Source: an uncultured Pelagibacteraceae bacterium (lineage in GTDB: Bacteria > Pseudomonadota > Alphaproteobacteria > Pelagibacterales > Pelagibacteraceae). From it: 64,000 nucleotides of DNA. The notes under the pieces are model-generated. The model worked only from the letters and a program-made list of their open reading frames with translations, was not told the DNA's origin and made no database searches. Positions 1-10,677 of this stretch are shown one piece after another (the stretch's first letter is position 1; each line of letters begins with the position of its first letter). A program made the translations under genes and the position numbers. The stretch lies in the NCBI GenBank assembly GCA_902572775.1, contig CACGHF010000001.1, positions 1,271 through 65,270 of the forward strand, in the 5' to 3' direction.

Positions 1-596
<596 letters not shown>

Positions 597-629
597 ATTT
601 AGCAAATAAGATTTTTTAACTTTAAATTA

Positions 630-1541
630 ATGATTAAGTCTAAATTAAAAAATAGAAACTTATCTCAAGAAGACGCCTTTAATTTATCTGAATTATTTAA
701 ATTAATGAAACCAAGAGTAATGTCTTTGGTTATCTTTACTTGTGCAGTTGGATTGTTAATGGCTCCAAATATAATTCCAACAAAAGATGCAATCATTGGA
801 ATAATTTTAGTTTCAATTGGAGCAGGAGCTGCTGGGGCTTTAAATATGTGGTACGAGTCTGATTTAGATGCTCTTATGACAAGAACTTGTTTGAGACCAA
901 TTCCGACAGGTAAAGTAAATAGAAATCAAGCACTGGTATTTGGAATTTCTCTTTCGATTTTTTCTGTAATTGCACTTGATTATTATTCAAACAGAATATC
1001 AGCTATTTTATTACTTTTTACTATTTTGTTTTATGTGTTTGTTTATACAATTTGGTTAAAAAGAAAAACTCCACAAAATATAGTGATAGGAGGAGCCTCA
1101 GGAGCATTGCCCCCAGTGATTGGTTGGACTATAGCTACCAATTCTTTGACTTTTGAGCCAATTACATTCTTTTTGATTATATTCTTTTGGACGCCTTCGC
1201 ATTTTTGGGCTTTAAGTTTGTATAAATCAGATGATTACAAAAAAGCAAAGATTCCAATGCTTCCTCTAACAAATGGTGTTGAGAGTACAAAATTAAATAT
1301 ATTTATCTATTCTTTAACAATGTTACCAGTAATTGTTTTACCATATGCTATTGGTTTTGTGAGTATAACTTTTTTAATCCCATCATTAATTTTGACAATT
1401 TATTATAATTATTTATGTTTCGAACTTTATAAATTTAAAAAGAACAAATTTGATGCAAAAAAAGCAAAATCTATTTTTGGATATTCAATTTTGTATCTAT
1501 TTTTGATTTTTGTTCTTTTTTTAATTGATAAAATTTTATGA
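630..1541 (+). CDS. ctaB: Protoheme IX farnesyltransferase (heme O synthase)
   Basis: LMKPRVMSLV, NMWYESDLDALMTRT-RPIP, WTPSHFWAL; position in cox operon. Confidence 0.95.
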   Translation: MIKSKLKNRNLSQEDAFNLSELFKLMKPRVMSLVIFTCAVGLLMAPNIIPTKDAIIGIILVSIGAGAAGALNMWYESDLDALMTRTCLRPIPTGKVNRNQALVFGISLSIFSVIALDYYSNRISAILLLFTILFYVFVYTIWLKRKTPQNIVIGGASGALPPVIGWTIATNSLTFEPITFFLIIFFWTPSHFWALSLYKSDDYKKAKIPMLPLTNGVESTKLNIFIYSLTMLPVIVLPYAIGFVSITFLIPSLILTIYYNYLCFELYKFKKNKFDAKKAKSIFGYSILYLFLIFVLFLIDKIL

Positions 1542-1663
1542 TAACGCCTGACAAGAAAACAAAGAAAAAAAATATTATAACTGCAATAGCAATTTTAGCC
1601 TTTATGGTATTTTTATTTGTTTTTACTTTATACAACGTTGGAGTATTTGATAGACAGATATGA
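1538..1663 (+). CDS. Small single-TM CoxF-like protein, 41 aa (MITPDKKTKKKNIITAIAILAFMVFLFVFTLYNVGVFDRQI); not in ORF track
   Basis: Hand-translated; ATGA overlaps with ctaB stop and with ctaG start; basic N-terminus then hydrophobic helix; same slot as alphaproteobacterial coxF. Confidence 0.8.
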   Translation: MITPDKKTKKKNIITAIAILAFMVFLFVFTLYNVGVFDRQI

Positions 1664-2193
1664 TTAAAAGCAAAACATTAACTCCTTTACTTTTGGCTGG
1701 TATTTTCGTCCTTATGTTAGGATTGTCTTTTGCGGCAGTGCCTTTGTATGATCTGTTTTGTAGAGTTACAGGCTTTGGTGGAACAACACAGGTATCTAAA
1801 GAAGCTCCTAAAATAGTATTAGATAAGGTTGTTAGCGTGAGGTTTGATACAAATGTAAACAATCTTGAATGGAATTTTAAAGCAAAATCAAACGTGATTG
1901 ATGTAAAGGTTGGCCAGGTCAATAGAATAGAATTTGAAGTTGAGAATATTGGAGATGAAACTACTTATGGTGTTGCTAGTTTTAATGTGTCGCCAGCAAG
2001 TTTTGGTAAATATTATAGTAAATTAGGATGTTTTTGCTTTGAAAAACAAGAGTTGAAGGCTGGTGAGAAGGCTACTTATGTGATGACTTTTTATTTAGAC
2101 CCTGAACTTGTAAATGATCCAACAACAAAAAATCTACAAGATGTAACCATGTCGTACACTTTTTTCTCGACAGATTACTATAAACAATCATAA
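1660..2193 (+). CDS. ctaG: Cytochrome c oxidase assembly copper chaperone CtaG/Cox11
   Basis: AAVPLYDLFCRVTGFGGT, CFCF copper motif. Confidence 0.95.
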   Translation: MIKSKTLTPLLLAGIFVLMLGLSFAAVPLYDLFCRVTGFGGTTQVSKEAPKIVLDKVVSVRFDTNVNNLEWNFKAKSNVIDVKVGQVNRIEFEVENIGDETTYGVASFNVSPASFGKYYSKLGCFCFEKQELKAGEKATYVMTFYLDPELVNDPTTKNLQDVTMSYTFFSTDYYKQS

Positions 2194-2202
2194 TCACGAA
2201 AA

Positions 2203-2991
2203 ATGTCAGCAGAAAAAAAACACGATTACCACTTAGTTGATCCAAGCCCTTGGCCAATCTATACATCGTTTGCATGCTTAGTATTAGCAATAGGTGCAAT
2301 TTTTTATATGCATAATGGTATTTCCTGGGGAATGTATCTTGGTTTAGCGTTATTAATTTATGGCGCGTATATGTGGTTTAGAGATGTAGTTATCGAAGCT
2401 GAACATCAAGGTCATCATACTCCTGTTGTTCAAATTCATCACAGATATGGAATGACTTTATTTATTGCTTCAGAGGTAATGTTCTTTGTTGCATGGTTCT
2501 GGGCTTACTTTGATATAAGTTTATTTCCAAATGAATTTGTTGGAAATGTATGGCCTCCTAAAGATATTGAAACGTTTGATCCTTGGGATATTCCTTTAAT
2601 AAATACTCTGGTTTTATTATTATCAGGAACAACTGTTACTTGGGCTCATCACGCTTTATTAGAAGATGATAGAAAAGGATTTATACAAGGTTTAACACTA
2701 ACTGTTATTCTTGGTTTCTTTTTTACATTATTGCAAGCATACGAATATCATCACGCTACTTTTACGTACTCAGGACATATTTATGGAGCTGTATTTTATA
2801 TGGCAACAGGTTTTCATGGTTTTCACGTCATAATTGGAACGATATTTTTAGCAGTATGCTTGTGGAGAGGAAGACTAGGTCATTTTACTAAAGATCATCA
2901 TTTTGGATTTGAAGCAGCTGCTTGGTATTGGCATTTCGTTGACGTAGTGTGGCTATTCTTATTTGCTGCAATTTATATTTGGGGAAGTTAA
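2203..2991 (+). CDS. ctaE: Cytochrome c oxidase subunit III
   Basis: HDYHLVDPSPWP, TGFHGFHV, WYWHFVDVVW. Confidence 0.97.
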   Translation: MSAEKKHDYHLVDPSPWPIYTSFACLVLAIGAIFYMHNGISWGMYLGLALLIYGAYMWFRDVVIEAEHQGHHTPVVQIHHRYGMTLFIASEVMFFVAWFWAYFDISLFPNEFVGNVWPPKDIETFDPWDIPLINTLVLLLSGTTVTWAHHALLEDDRKGFIQGLTLTVILGFFFTLLQAYEYHHATFTYSGHIYGAVFYMATGFHGFHVIIGTIFLAVCLWRGRLGHFTKDHHFGFEAAAWYWHFVDVVWLFLFAAIYIWGS

Positions 2992-3000
2992 TATTTATCC

Positions 3001-3654
3001 TTGAAGAATAAATTACTATTTTCAGTTTTTGTTTATTTTATTATTTTAACTCTTCTCTCTCTAGGGTTTTGGCAAATTTATAGATTAAATTGGAAATTAG
3101 AGCTAATTGAGCAAATAGAAAATTCTTTAAAAAACGACCCAGTGGAATTATCAAATGTTGAAAAAAAAAACTATCTTAGAATAAAAACAAGTGGAGATAT
3201 TGATTTTGATAAACAAATTTACTTATATAATTTAAATGATGCAGGGAAACCTGGATTTGAGGTAGTTAATCCAATAAAAATTGGTGACGTCAATTACTTA
3301 ATGAATAGGGGATGGATACCTTTTGAAAAAAAGGACCTACCTGAAATAAATTTAGTTGATCAAAATAAAATAGTCGGCACTCTTATGCTACAAACTAAAC
3401 CAAGTACATTTAAACCAGAAAACGATATTGAGAAAAATTATTGGTTTACTTTGAATAGAGAAGATATTTCAAAATTTACTGGAAGAAATTTTTCAGAGTA
3501 TGTCATTTATTTAAACGGGGATTACAAAATTCCAAAACCAAGAGTGATTACTGCTAAAATTTCAAATAATCACAAGAAGTATGCAATTACTTGGTTTTCT
3601 ATGGCGATTTCAATTCTTTTAATATATTTATATTTCAGGAAAAAAAATTATTAA
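3001..3654 (+). CDS. surf1: SURF1 family cytochrome oxidase assembly protein
   Basis: LGFWQIYRLNWK, NRGWIP, NNHKKYAITWF; TTG start. Confidence 0.92.
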   Translation: MKNKLLFSVFVYFIILTLLSLGFWQIYRLNWKLELIEQIENSLKNDPVELSNVEKKNYLRIKTSGDIDFDKQIYLYNLNDAGKPGFEVVNPIKIGDVNYLMNRGWIPFEKKDLPEINLVDQNKIVGTLMLQTKPSTFKPENDIEKNYWFTLNREDISKFTGRNFSEYVIYLNGDYKIPKPRVITAKISNNHKKYAITWFSMAISILLIYLYFRKKNY

Positions 3655-5034
3655 ATGAGATACGTAAGTACAAGAGACACATCAAAAACCTTTGAATTTA
3701 AAGAGGTTTTTATCAAAGGCCTTGCTGATGATGGAGGCTTATTTATTCCAGAAGAATTAACGAAATATACTGAAAATGAAGTTAAAGATTTTAAAAAACT
3801 AAGCTACTCAGAGTTAGCCAAAAAGATCGTTCATCCATTTATTGGTAATTTCATGTCACAAGCAGAATTAAGTAAAATTATTGATAAGTCTTACTCTAAA
3901 TTTAGACGGGATAATGTCGTAGATTTTATAAAACTTGGAGACAGAACTGTGTTAGAGCTGTTTCATGGTCCAACTTTAGCTTTTAAGGATGTTGCTATGC
4001 AACTTTTAGGTAACTTTTACGAGTATTACCTAAATAATGAAAATCAAAAGATTAATATTGTTGTTGCCACATCAGGAGATACTGGTGCTGCAGCAATTGA
4101 TGCAATTAAAGGTAAAAAAAATGTTAATATTTTTGTGCTTCATCCAGATAATCGTGTTTCACCAGTTCAAAGAAAATTAATGACAACAGGTAAAGATGAA
4201 AACGTATTTAACATAGCCATAAAGGGAAATTTTGATGATTGTCAAAACCTAGTTAAATCCATGTTTGCAGACAAGAAATTTTCAAATGATATTAAAATGT
4301 CAGGTGTAAACTCTATTAACTGGGCGAGGATTATTGCTCAAAGTGTTTATTACTTTTATAGTTATTTATCAGTTGAAGATGTAAATGAACCAACAAATTT
4401 TTCAGTGCCGACAGGAAATTTTGGAGATGTATATGCAGGATATTTAGCCAAAAAAATGGGCTTGCCGATAGATAAATTGATTGTTGCAACTAATCAAAAT
4501 GATATTTTACATAGAGCAATTTCAAAAGGTAGTTATGAAGCAGAAAAAGTTTCAGAAACTATCTCCCCAAGTATGGACATACAAATAGCCAGTAATTTTG
4601 AAAGACTTATATTTGATCTTAATAATGGAGACGATCAACAGACTTCTCTAGATATGAAAAATATTAAAGAGAAGGGACAGTATTTAATAAATGACGATAA
4701 ATTAAATAAAATTAGCGAAAACTTTTTATCAGCTAGAATGAGTGAGGATGAGACCTTAGAGGTAATTAAAAATGTATATGAAAAATTTGCAGTAGTTTTA
4801 GATCCACACACAGCTATTGGGTATGGAGCATTTGATAAACATAACTTAAAAGGAAACAATATCGTACTTGCAACAGCACATCCCTGCAAGTTTCCAGGCG
4901 CCATTCAAAGTGCAATTAATGTGAAAGCAGAATTGCCCAATGAATTAACTTTTGTTTTAGATCAAAAAGAAAATTATGATATTGTTGAAAATGATATTGA
5001 AAAAGTAAAACAACATATTAAAGATAGAACATAA
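3655..5034 (+). CDS. thrC: Threonine synthase
   Basis: MRYVSTR, ELFHGPTLAFKD (PLP lysine), NSINWAR, TAHPCKF. Confidence 0.96.
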   Translation: MRYVSTRDTSKTFEFKEVFIKGLADDGGLFIPEELTKYTENEVKDFKKLSYSELAKKIVHPFIGNFMSQAELSKIIDKSYSKFRRDNVVDFIKLGDRTVLELFHGPTLAFKDVAMQLLGNFYEYYLNNENQKINIVVATSGDTGAAAIDAIKGKKNVNIFVLHPDNRVSPVQRKLMTTGKDENVFNIAIKGNFDDCQNLVKSMFADKKFSNDIKMSGVNSINWARIIAQSVYYFYSYLSVEDVNEPTNFSVPTGNFGDVYAGYLAKKMGLPIDKLIVATNQNDILHRAISKGSYEAEKVSETISPSMDIQIASNFERLIFDLNNGDDQQTSLDMKNIKEKGQYLINDDKLNKISENFLSARMSEDETLEVIKNVYEKFAVVLDPHTAIGYGAFDKHNLKGNNIVLATAHPCKFPGAIQSAINVKAELPNELTFVLDQKENYDIVENDIEKVKQHIKDRT

Positions 5035-5519
5035 TGAAAATAAACGAAAATGATTTACTGCCTAATTCAGAAGTATTTGTTTTAGAAAATGGTGAGCCAA
5101 CTAAAAAAAAAATTGAAGATTTTTTCAAAAATAAAAAAGTAGTCTTATTTGGATTACCAGGTGCTTATACATCAGTGTGTTCTGCTAAACATTTACCTGG
5201 TTATGCTAAGTTGCATGATAAGTATAAAGAAAAAGGTATTGATCATATTATTTGCATATCTGTAAATGATCCTTTTGTTATGAATGCCTGGGGAAAAGAA
5301 AATAACGTAGGCGATAAAATTATTATGATGGGAGACCCTTTTTTAAACTTTACTAAAGATATAGGTGCGGATGTTGATAAAAGCGGGAGAGGTTTAGGTA
5401 TTAGATCAAATAGATACACGATGTATGTTGAAGATATGAAGGTTATTAAGTTACAGGAAGAAAAAGATACTGGATCCTGTGAAATTTCAGCAGCAGAAAA
5501 TTTTTTAAATTTAGTCTAA
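5034..5519 (+). CDS. Peroxiredoxin, Prx5/type II family
   Basis: LFGLPGAYTSVCSAKHLPG, SVNDPFVMNAWG. Confidence 0.93.
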   Translation: MKINENDLLPNSEVFVLENGEPTKKKIEDFFKNKKVVLFGLPGAYTSVCSAKHLPGYAKLHDKYKEKGIDHIICISVNDPFVMNAWGKENNVGDKIIMMGDPFLNFTKDIGADVDKSGRGLGIRSNRYTMYVEDMKVIKLQEEKDTGSCEISAAENFLNLV

Positions 5520-5936
5520 ATACGCAGCTTTTTTAGCTAATAAGTCTACTTCTTCATTCATAGGATTTCCATCATGAGCCTTTACCCAATTCCATTGAAC
5601 ATTAAGTGATTTATTTAAATTATATAATTCAATCCACAAATCTTTATTTTTAACATCTTCTTTTTTTGATGTTTTCCAATTATTAGTTAACCAAGTATTT
5701 ATCCATTCGGTTATTCCATTTTTTACATATTGAGAGTCAGTATATATTTTTATTTCAACACCAGGTTTCATAACCTTCAGTGCATTAATCGGAGCAAGTA
5801 GTTCCATTCTATTATTTGTAGTGTTTTTTTCACTACCACTAATTTTTTTTATTTCTTTTTCATTATTTATAATGGCAGCCCATCCACCATTACCAGGATT
5901 TGTTAAACAAGAACCGTCTGTATAAATTGTAATCAT
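5511..5936 (-). CDS. rnhA: Ribonuclease HI
   Basis: IYTDGSC-NPG-GGW, TTNNRMEL, WVKAH. Confidence 0.96.
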   Translation of the reverse strand: MITIYTDGSCLTNPGNGGWAAIINNEKEIKKISGSEKNTTNNRMELLAPINALKVMKPGVEIKIYTDSQYVKNGITEWINTWLTNNWKTSKKEDVKNKDLWIELYNLNKSLNVQWNWVKAHDGNPMNEEVDLLAKKAAYLD

Positions 5937-6901
5937 TAATTTAAATAGTCTTTAAATGAACTTAAATTATTGTGAGAAAGCAATTTTTGATAATATTCAT
6001 TAGGGTCTTTGATTTTAATCAATGCTGTTTTTGGTGTATTTGAGTAGTCATACAATCTTGTTAATAAATATCTTAATGCTGCACCTCTACATAAAACATT
6101 TATAGATTTCTTTTCCTTTATTGAAATTTTTTTAACACTTTCATACCCTTTGATTAAATTTTTAATTTTTTTATGTTTCATTTGGAATTTTCTCTTTTTA
6201 TAGTCAAAACAAAGAGCATTGATGCATATAGCAATTTCATACATAAAATAATCATTAGCAGCAAAGTAGAAATCAATAATTCCTGAAAGTTTATTTTTTT
6301 TGAAGAATATATTATCTATAAATAAGTCACCATGGATAATACCTTTGGGCAATTTTTTAGGCCAATTTTTATTAATATCTTTTAGGTTATTTTTTAAGAA
6401 TACTTTTAAATTTGAAAACTTTTTTGACTTAAATTTAATGCTCTCCAACAAAGGTTTTAAATTTCTAATACCCATTGAATTTTTTCTACTAAACTTTATT
6501 TTATTTGTGACCACATGCATTCGGGCAATTGTTTTACCAATTGCATAACAATCATTTATATTTAATATTTTTTTATCTTTACCCTCTAAGAATGACACAA
6601 TACATGCAGTTTTATTTTTTAATTTAATAAGATATTTATTTTCTTTGGTTTTCAGTGGCTTGGGACAGTTTATTTTTGAATCATTCAAATTATCCATTAA
6701 TTTCATAAAAAAAGGTATTTCTTTTTGTAAAACTCTTTTTTCAAAAATAGTTAAAATATATTTTTTCTTTTTTGATTTAAGAAGATAGTTTGTGTTTTCT
6801 ATTCCTTGCTTGATACCTTTAAAACTTATGATTTTATCAATATTAAAATTTTTATTAATAATATTAATTTCTTTTTGATTTATTTTTGTATAGACAGCCA
6901 T
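5936..6901 (-). CDS. thrB: Homoserine kinase (APH-type, ThrB type II)
   Basis: MAVYT, GIENTNY, IIHGDLFIDN, IIDFYFA; conserved ispH-thrB-rnhA order. Confidence 0.93.
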   Translation of the reverse strand: MAVYTKINQKEINIINKNFNIDKIISFKGIKQGIENTNYLLKSKKKKYILTIFEKRVLQKEIPFFMKLMDNLNDSKINCPKPLKTKENKYLIKLKNKTACIVSFLEGKDKKILNINDCYAIGKTIARMHVVTNKIKFSRKNSMGIRNLKPLLESIKFKSKKFSNLKVFLKNNLKDINKNWPKKLPKGIIHGDLFIDNIFFKKNKLSGIIDFYFAANDYFMYEIAICINALCFDYKKRKFQMKHKKIKNLIKGYESVKKISIKEKKSINVLCRGAALRYLLTRLYDYSNTPKTALIKIKDPNEYYQKLLSHNNLSSFKDYLN

Positions 6902-6903
6902 TT

Positions 6904-7848
6904 TTAATTTAATTTTTTGGGAACTTTAAATACTACATTTTCTTTAATTATTTCAACTTCATCGATACTTATAGAAAATTTATTTTTTAATTCATTAAGA
7001 AAATTTTCAACTAATATTTCTGGCGCAGATGCTCCTGAAGATATACCTATAGTATTGCAATTTTCTATTTGATCATACGGTATTGAGCTTTCTGAGTGAA
7101 TAAGTTGTGAATTTTTACATCCTGATTTCTTTGCCACCTCAACAAGCCTAACAGAATTTGAAGAGTTTCTACTCCCAATAACAAAAAACATATCACAATC
7201 CTTCGCAATATTTTTTACTGCCATTTGACGGTTAGTGGTTGCATAACAAATATCTTCTTTCATTGGTTCTTTTATATTGGGAAAATTGGTTTTTAAAATT
7301 TTGATTATCTCTTTTGTGTCATCAACTGATAAAGTAGTCTGGGTAATATATGCTAATTTTTTGTTTTCTTTATTTTGATAGTTTGTAGCATCTTCTTCAT
7401 TTTGGATTAGATCTATAGAACCCTCATTTAATTGACCCATAGTTCCAATTACTTCTGGATGATTTTCATGACCAATCAAAATTATATGATAACCAGCTTT
7501 ATTAAGATTTTCTGCTTCTCTATGAACTTTAGAGACAAGTGGACATGTAGCATCCACATAAGTCATTTTATAACTTTTTGCATCTTCAGGTATTTTTTTC
7601 GGAACACCATGCGCTGAAAAAATTACCGGTCTTGATTTATCCTTTATCTCCTCCAGCTCTTCAACAAATATTGCACCTTTATTTTTTAAATCATCTACAA
7701 CATACTTATTATGCACTATTTCATGACGCACATAAACTGGAGCTCCAAATTTTTGTATAGATTTTTCTACTATTTCAATTGCTCTTTCTACCCCAGCACA
7801 GAACCCACGAGGCGCAGATAATAATATTTTTAATTCTTTATTTTTCAT
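6904..7848 (-). CDS. ispH: 4-hydroxy-3-methylbut-2-enyl diphosphate reductase
   Basis: PRGFCAGV, DATCPLVSKVH, DICYATTNRQ, SGASAP. Confidence 0.97.
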   Translation of the reverse strand: MKNKELKILLSAPRGFCAGVERAIEIVEKSIQKFGAPVYVRHEIVHNKYVVDDLKNKGAIFVEELEEIKDKSRPVIFSAHGVPKKIPEDAKSYKMTYVDATCPLVSKVHREAENLNKAGYHIILIGHENHPEVIGTMGQLNEGSIDLIQNEEDATNYQNKENKKLAYITQTTLSVDDTKEIIKILKTNFPNIKEPMKEDICYATTNRQMAVKNIAKDCDMFFVIGSRNSSNSVRLVEVAKKSGCKNSQLIHSESSIPYDQIENCNTIGISSGASAPEILVENFLNELKNKFSISIDEVEIIKENVVFKVPKKLN

Positions 7849-8773
7849 TTTTTTCTAAAAAATATTCCAGCAATATATGTGGAAAGGTTAAAGACGCCAA
7901 ACCTATAAATATTATTTTTAAAATTGTACTATCTAAATTAAATGAATTATTCAGTAGATATAGTGCAATAAAAGAAAAAATAGCAGTTAAAATTGTTAGA
8001 GGTAAAGCTTTATTAACAAATAATTTAAATCCATTAACTATACTATTTGGATCAAGTTCAATAGCGAGGGTAATTGAATGTCTTATTGAATGTAAAAAAC
8101 AGAAATAAACAGTAAAAGCTATTAGTGGAGATAAATAATAATTTAATATCAAAATTGAAAAATAATCTAAAAAAACAACAAATTTCTTGATTTCAAAATT
8201 CTTTAAGAAAAGAAAAATACTAGATAGTGTGCTGCAGAATATTGCTATTTGAATTACATTATTTGTCTCAATAAAATCTAAACTTGAATAAAATGTCTCA
8301 CTATCGATTAATAATAATTTGAAAATCGCTATTGTTTCCTGAAAATGAAAATACAAAGGAGCAAGTATAATTAGAAATCCTTTGAAAAAATAAAGTATTT
8401 GAGTGAAATAAGATTTTTCATTAATCAAAAATTGTGTATCTTCTTTGCCAAAGTGGTAGGAAGCGATCATTAAAAAAATAATTAAAGTTATTGATGGTAA
8501 TAATATCCAAGTTACTATAACTAACACTGAAATTAAAATATATGTAATATAGAATATGTAATTTGATTTTATATTAAATAATTTAAGCAGTTTTTTTCCT
8601 TTAATATGATCTAATGAACCATGGGAAACCCCTATAATTAAAATTAAAAGTAAACACAAAATTGATGAAATATTAAAATTATTAAACTTGAACAGTAAAA
8701 TACAAAAAATGTTTACAACAAAGAAAAAAATAAATGAATGATTAAGATTTATTTTTTTTATTTTATTTTTCAT
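7838..8773 (-). CDS. blh: Beta-carotene 15,15'-dioxygenase (Brp/Blh family, retinal synthesis)
   Basis: GVSHGSLDH, YHFG, YFCFLHSIRH, LTFPH; multi-TM; follows crtY. Confidence 0.94.
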   Translation of the reverse strand: MKNKIKKINLNHSFIFFFVVNIFCILLFKFNNFNISSILCLLLILIIGVSHGSLDHIKGKKLLKLFNIKSNYIFYITYILISVLVIVTWILLPSITLIIFLMIASYHFGKEDTQFLINEKSYFTQILYFFKGFLIILAPLYFHFQETIAIFKLLLIDSETFYSSLDFIETNNVIQIAIFCSTLSSIFLFLKNFEIKKFVVFLDYFSILILNYYLSPLIAFTVYFCFLHSIRHSITLAIELDPNSIVNGFKLFVNKALPLTILTAIFSFIALYLLNNSFNLDSTILKIIFIGLASLTFPHILLEYFLEKNEK

Positions 8774-8774
8774 T

Positions 8775-9839
8775 TTAAATTAATTCTTTTAAAAATTTCC
8801 ACTTTGGCATTTTTAGAATCACCTCTAAATCTTCAAAAAAACTGCTTTTATTTGATAAAAAATTGATAGCTGTTTTAGGTTTTGAATTAAAAACTTTGAA
8901 AAATATATTGCCCATTTCATTAGAATTATTTTTAAGAACTCTTAATAAGATTTTATCTAAAAAATCATATTTTGAATTAATTTTAAATAAATTTACATTT
9001 TTAATATTTTCTATGTTTTCTCTTATATATCTGCTCTGTTCTTGAATATTTAGGAAAGTATAACCCGTACTTAATCTAGTCATGCCTCCTGCTGAGCCTA
9101 TGTAAATTTCATTTGATTTTTTCAAATTTTTTTGTCTAAAAAGTGGGATTGCTCCAGTTTCTTTGAAGTTAATTTTACAGTTTCTTATATTTAGATGTTT
9201 ACTCAAATAATCATCAATTTGGTCATCATAATCCTTCAGTTTTTCATTATTTAGTTCAGATATCCAAGTAGTTTCAACTAATGCATTTCTCTTAGTGAAT
9301 GGTAGCGTATAAAAAAAATGAACTTTGTTTCTTTGATCACAAGCAAAGTCCATCAAATTGAATATTTCGTCATCAAAAAAATCTTTTTCTGTTTCTATTT
9401 CAACTCCACAAAAGTGTTGCCATAACTCACTCTGTTTATCCGCAAAATTAGGTACACTATTAAATACAATTGAATTTGATTTATCTATTTCATCAATACT
9501 TTTAAAAAACTGAATATTTTTATTTAATTTAAGTTTTGAAATTATTTTTTCGTAGAACATACCACTATCAATTGTTTGATATGGTGCATGTTCGCAATTT
9601 ATATATTTCGTATTATTGGGTGTATTTATTGTAAAATTATTCCAACTTTTTTTGATACAGTCATCAAAATTATGGGAAAAAACTTTCCAAAATGACCAGG
9701 TTTTATCTCTTTTATAATCTTCTCTTGGTTCAATTATTGCTAGGGTTTTATCTTTTAATTTTTCATAAACTTCCAGTTCATATGCTAATGAAAGACCCGC
9801 GCATCCTCCGCCTATAATTGTGTAATCAAATTCTTTCAT
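8775..9839 (-). CDS. crtY: Lycopene beta-cyclase
   Basis: IIGGGCAGLSLA, DKTWSFW, LMDF, STGYTF; crt cluster. Confidence 0.92.
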   Translation of the reverse strand: MKEFDYTIIGGGCAGLSLAYELEVYEKLKDKTLAIIEPREDYKRDKTWSFWKVFSHNFDDCIKKSWNNFTINTPNNTKYINCEHAPYQTIDSGMFYEKIISKLKLNKNIQFFKSIDEIDKSNSIVFNSVPNFADKQSELWQHFCGVEIETEKDFFDDEIFNLMDFACDQRNKVHFFYTLPFTKRNALVETTWISELNNEKLKDYDDQIDDYLSKHLNIRNCKINFKETGAIPLFRQKNLKKSNEIYIGSAGGMTRLSTGYTFLNIQEQSRYIRENIENIKNVNLFKINSKYDFLDKILLRVLKNNSNEMGNIFFKVFNSKPKTAINFLSNKSSFFEDLEVILKMPKWKFLKELI

Positions 9840-10677
9840 TTAAATTTATTTCTTCATTAATTAAATTATGGTCATGATTAATATTATCATCGTTTTTACT
9901 TGTAAGTGATAACTTAATTAAGTCAAAAATAGATAAAAAAGTTTCAATAATTTTTTCAATATTTGAAACATAAATTTTTCCTGACTTTTTATAATTTTCT
10001 ATGTTTTGTTTATTTAAAATTTTATATCCTATTTTTCTATAAACCCTTCTTGCTACTAAAATAGAAAATCTGAAACTTAATGGTATTTCTTTAATTGAGT
10101 AAAATGAATTTTCATAAAACTGTTCTGAAAGCTTGATTGTGGTCTTTATGTCCTCAAAACTTTCATTGATGTAAAATCTATTATTTTTTTTATCTTCCAT
10201 AACATCCCTAGAAATATTTGTTAATTGCATAGCAATCCCAAGATCAATAGCTGATTTGAGAGATTGTTCTTTGTGAACATTCAATATCTTAGCCATCATC
10301 AATCCAACTGTTCCAGCCACCCTATAGGAATAAATTAATAATTCTTTTTTTGAATCAAGTTTAACATTTTCTTTTATATCAGAATTAATACCCTCTAATA
10401 AATCATCTACAATTTTAGTTGAAATACTAAATTCATTAATAAGACCCCACATGTTTTTAATAACTGGATCTTCATAATTTTTATTAACAAAATTATTTCT
10501 AAATTTAATAAAATTATCTTTTTTTATTTCAATATTGTTTTCATCATCAGCAATATTATCTGCTTCTCTACAAAAATCATAAAGCGCAGAGCATTTTTCA
10601 TGGGTTTTTTTTGGTAAAAAAAAACCTGCCCAATTAAAAGATTTTGCGTAAATAGCTAAATAATTCTTTGTTAACAT
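9826..10677 (-). CDS. crtB: Phytoene synthase
   Basis: KSF, LYDFCREADNIAD, YRVAGTVG, AMQLTNISRDV. Confidence 0.95.
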   Translation of the reverse strand: MLTKNYLAIYAKSFNWAGFFLPKKTHEKCSALYDFCREADNIADDENNIEIKKDNFIKFRNNFVNKNYEDPVIKNMWGLINEFSISTKIVDDLLEGINSDIKENVKLDSKKELLIYSYRVAGTVGLMMAKILNVHKEQSLKSAIDLGIAMQLTNISRDVMEDKKNNRFYINESFEDIKTTIKLSEQFYENSFYSIKEIPLSFRFSILVARRVYRKIGYKILNKQNIENYKKSGKIYVSNIEKIIETFLSIFDLIKLSLTSKNDDNINHDHNLINEEINLNERI

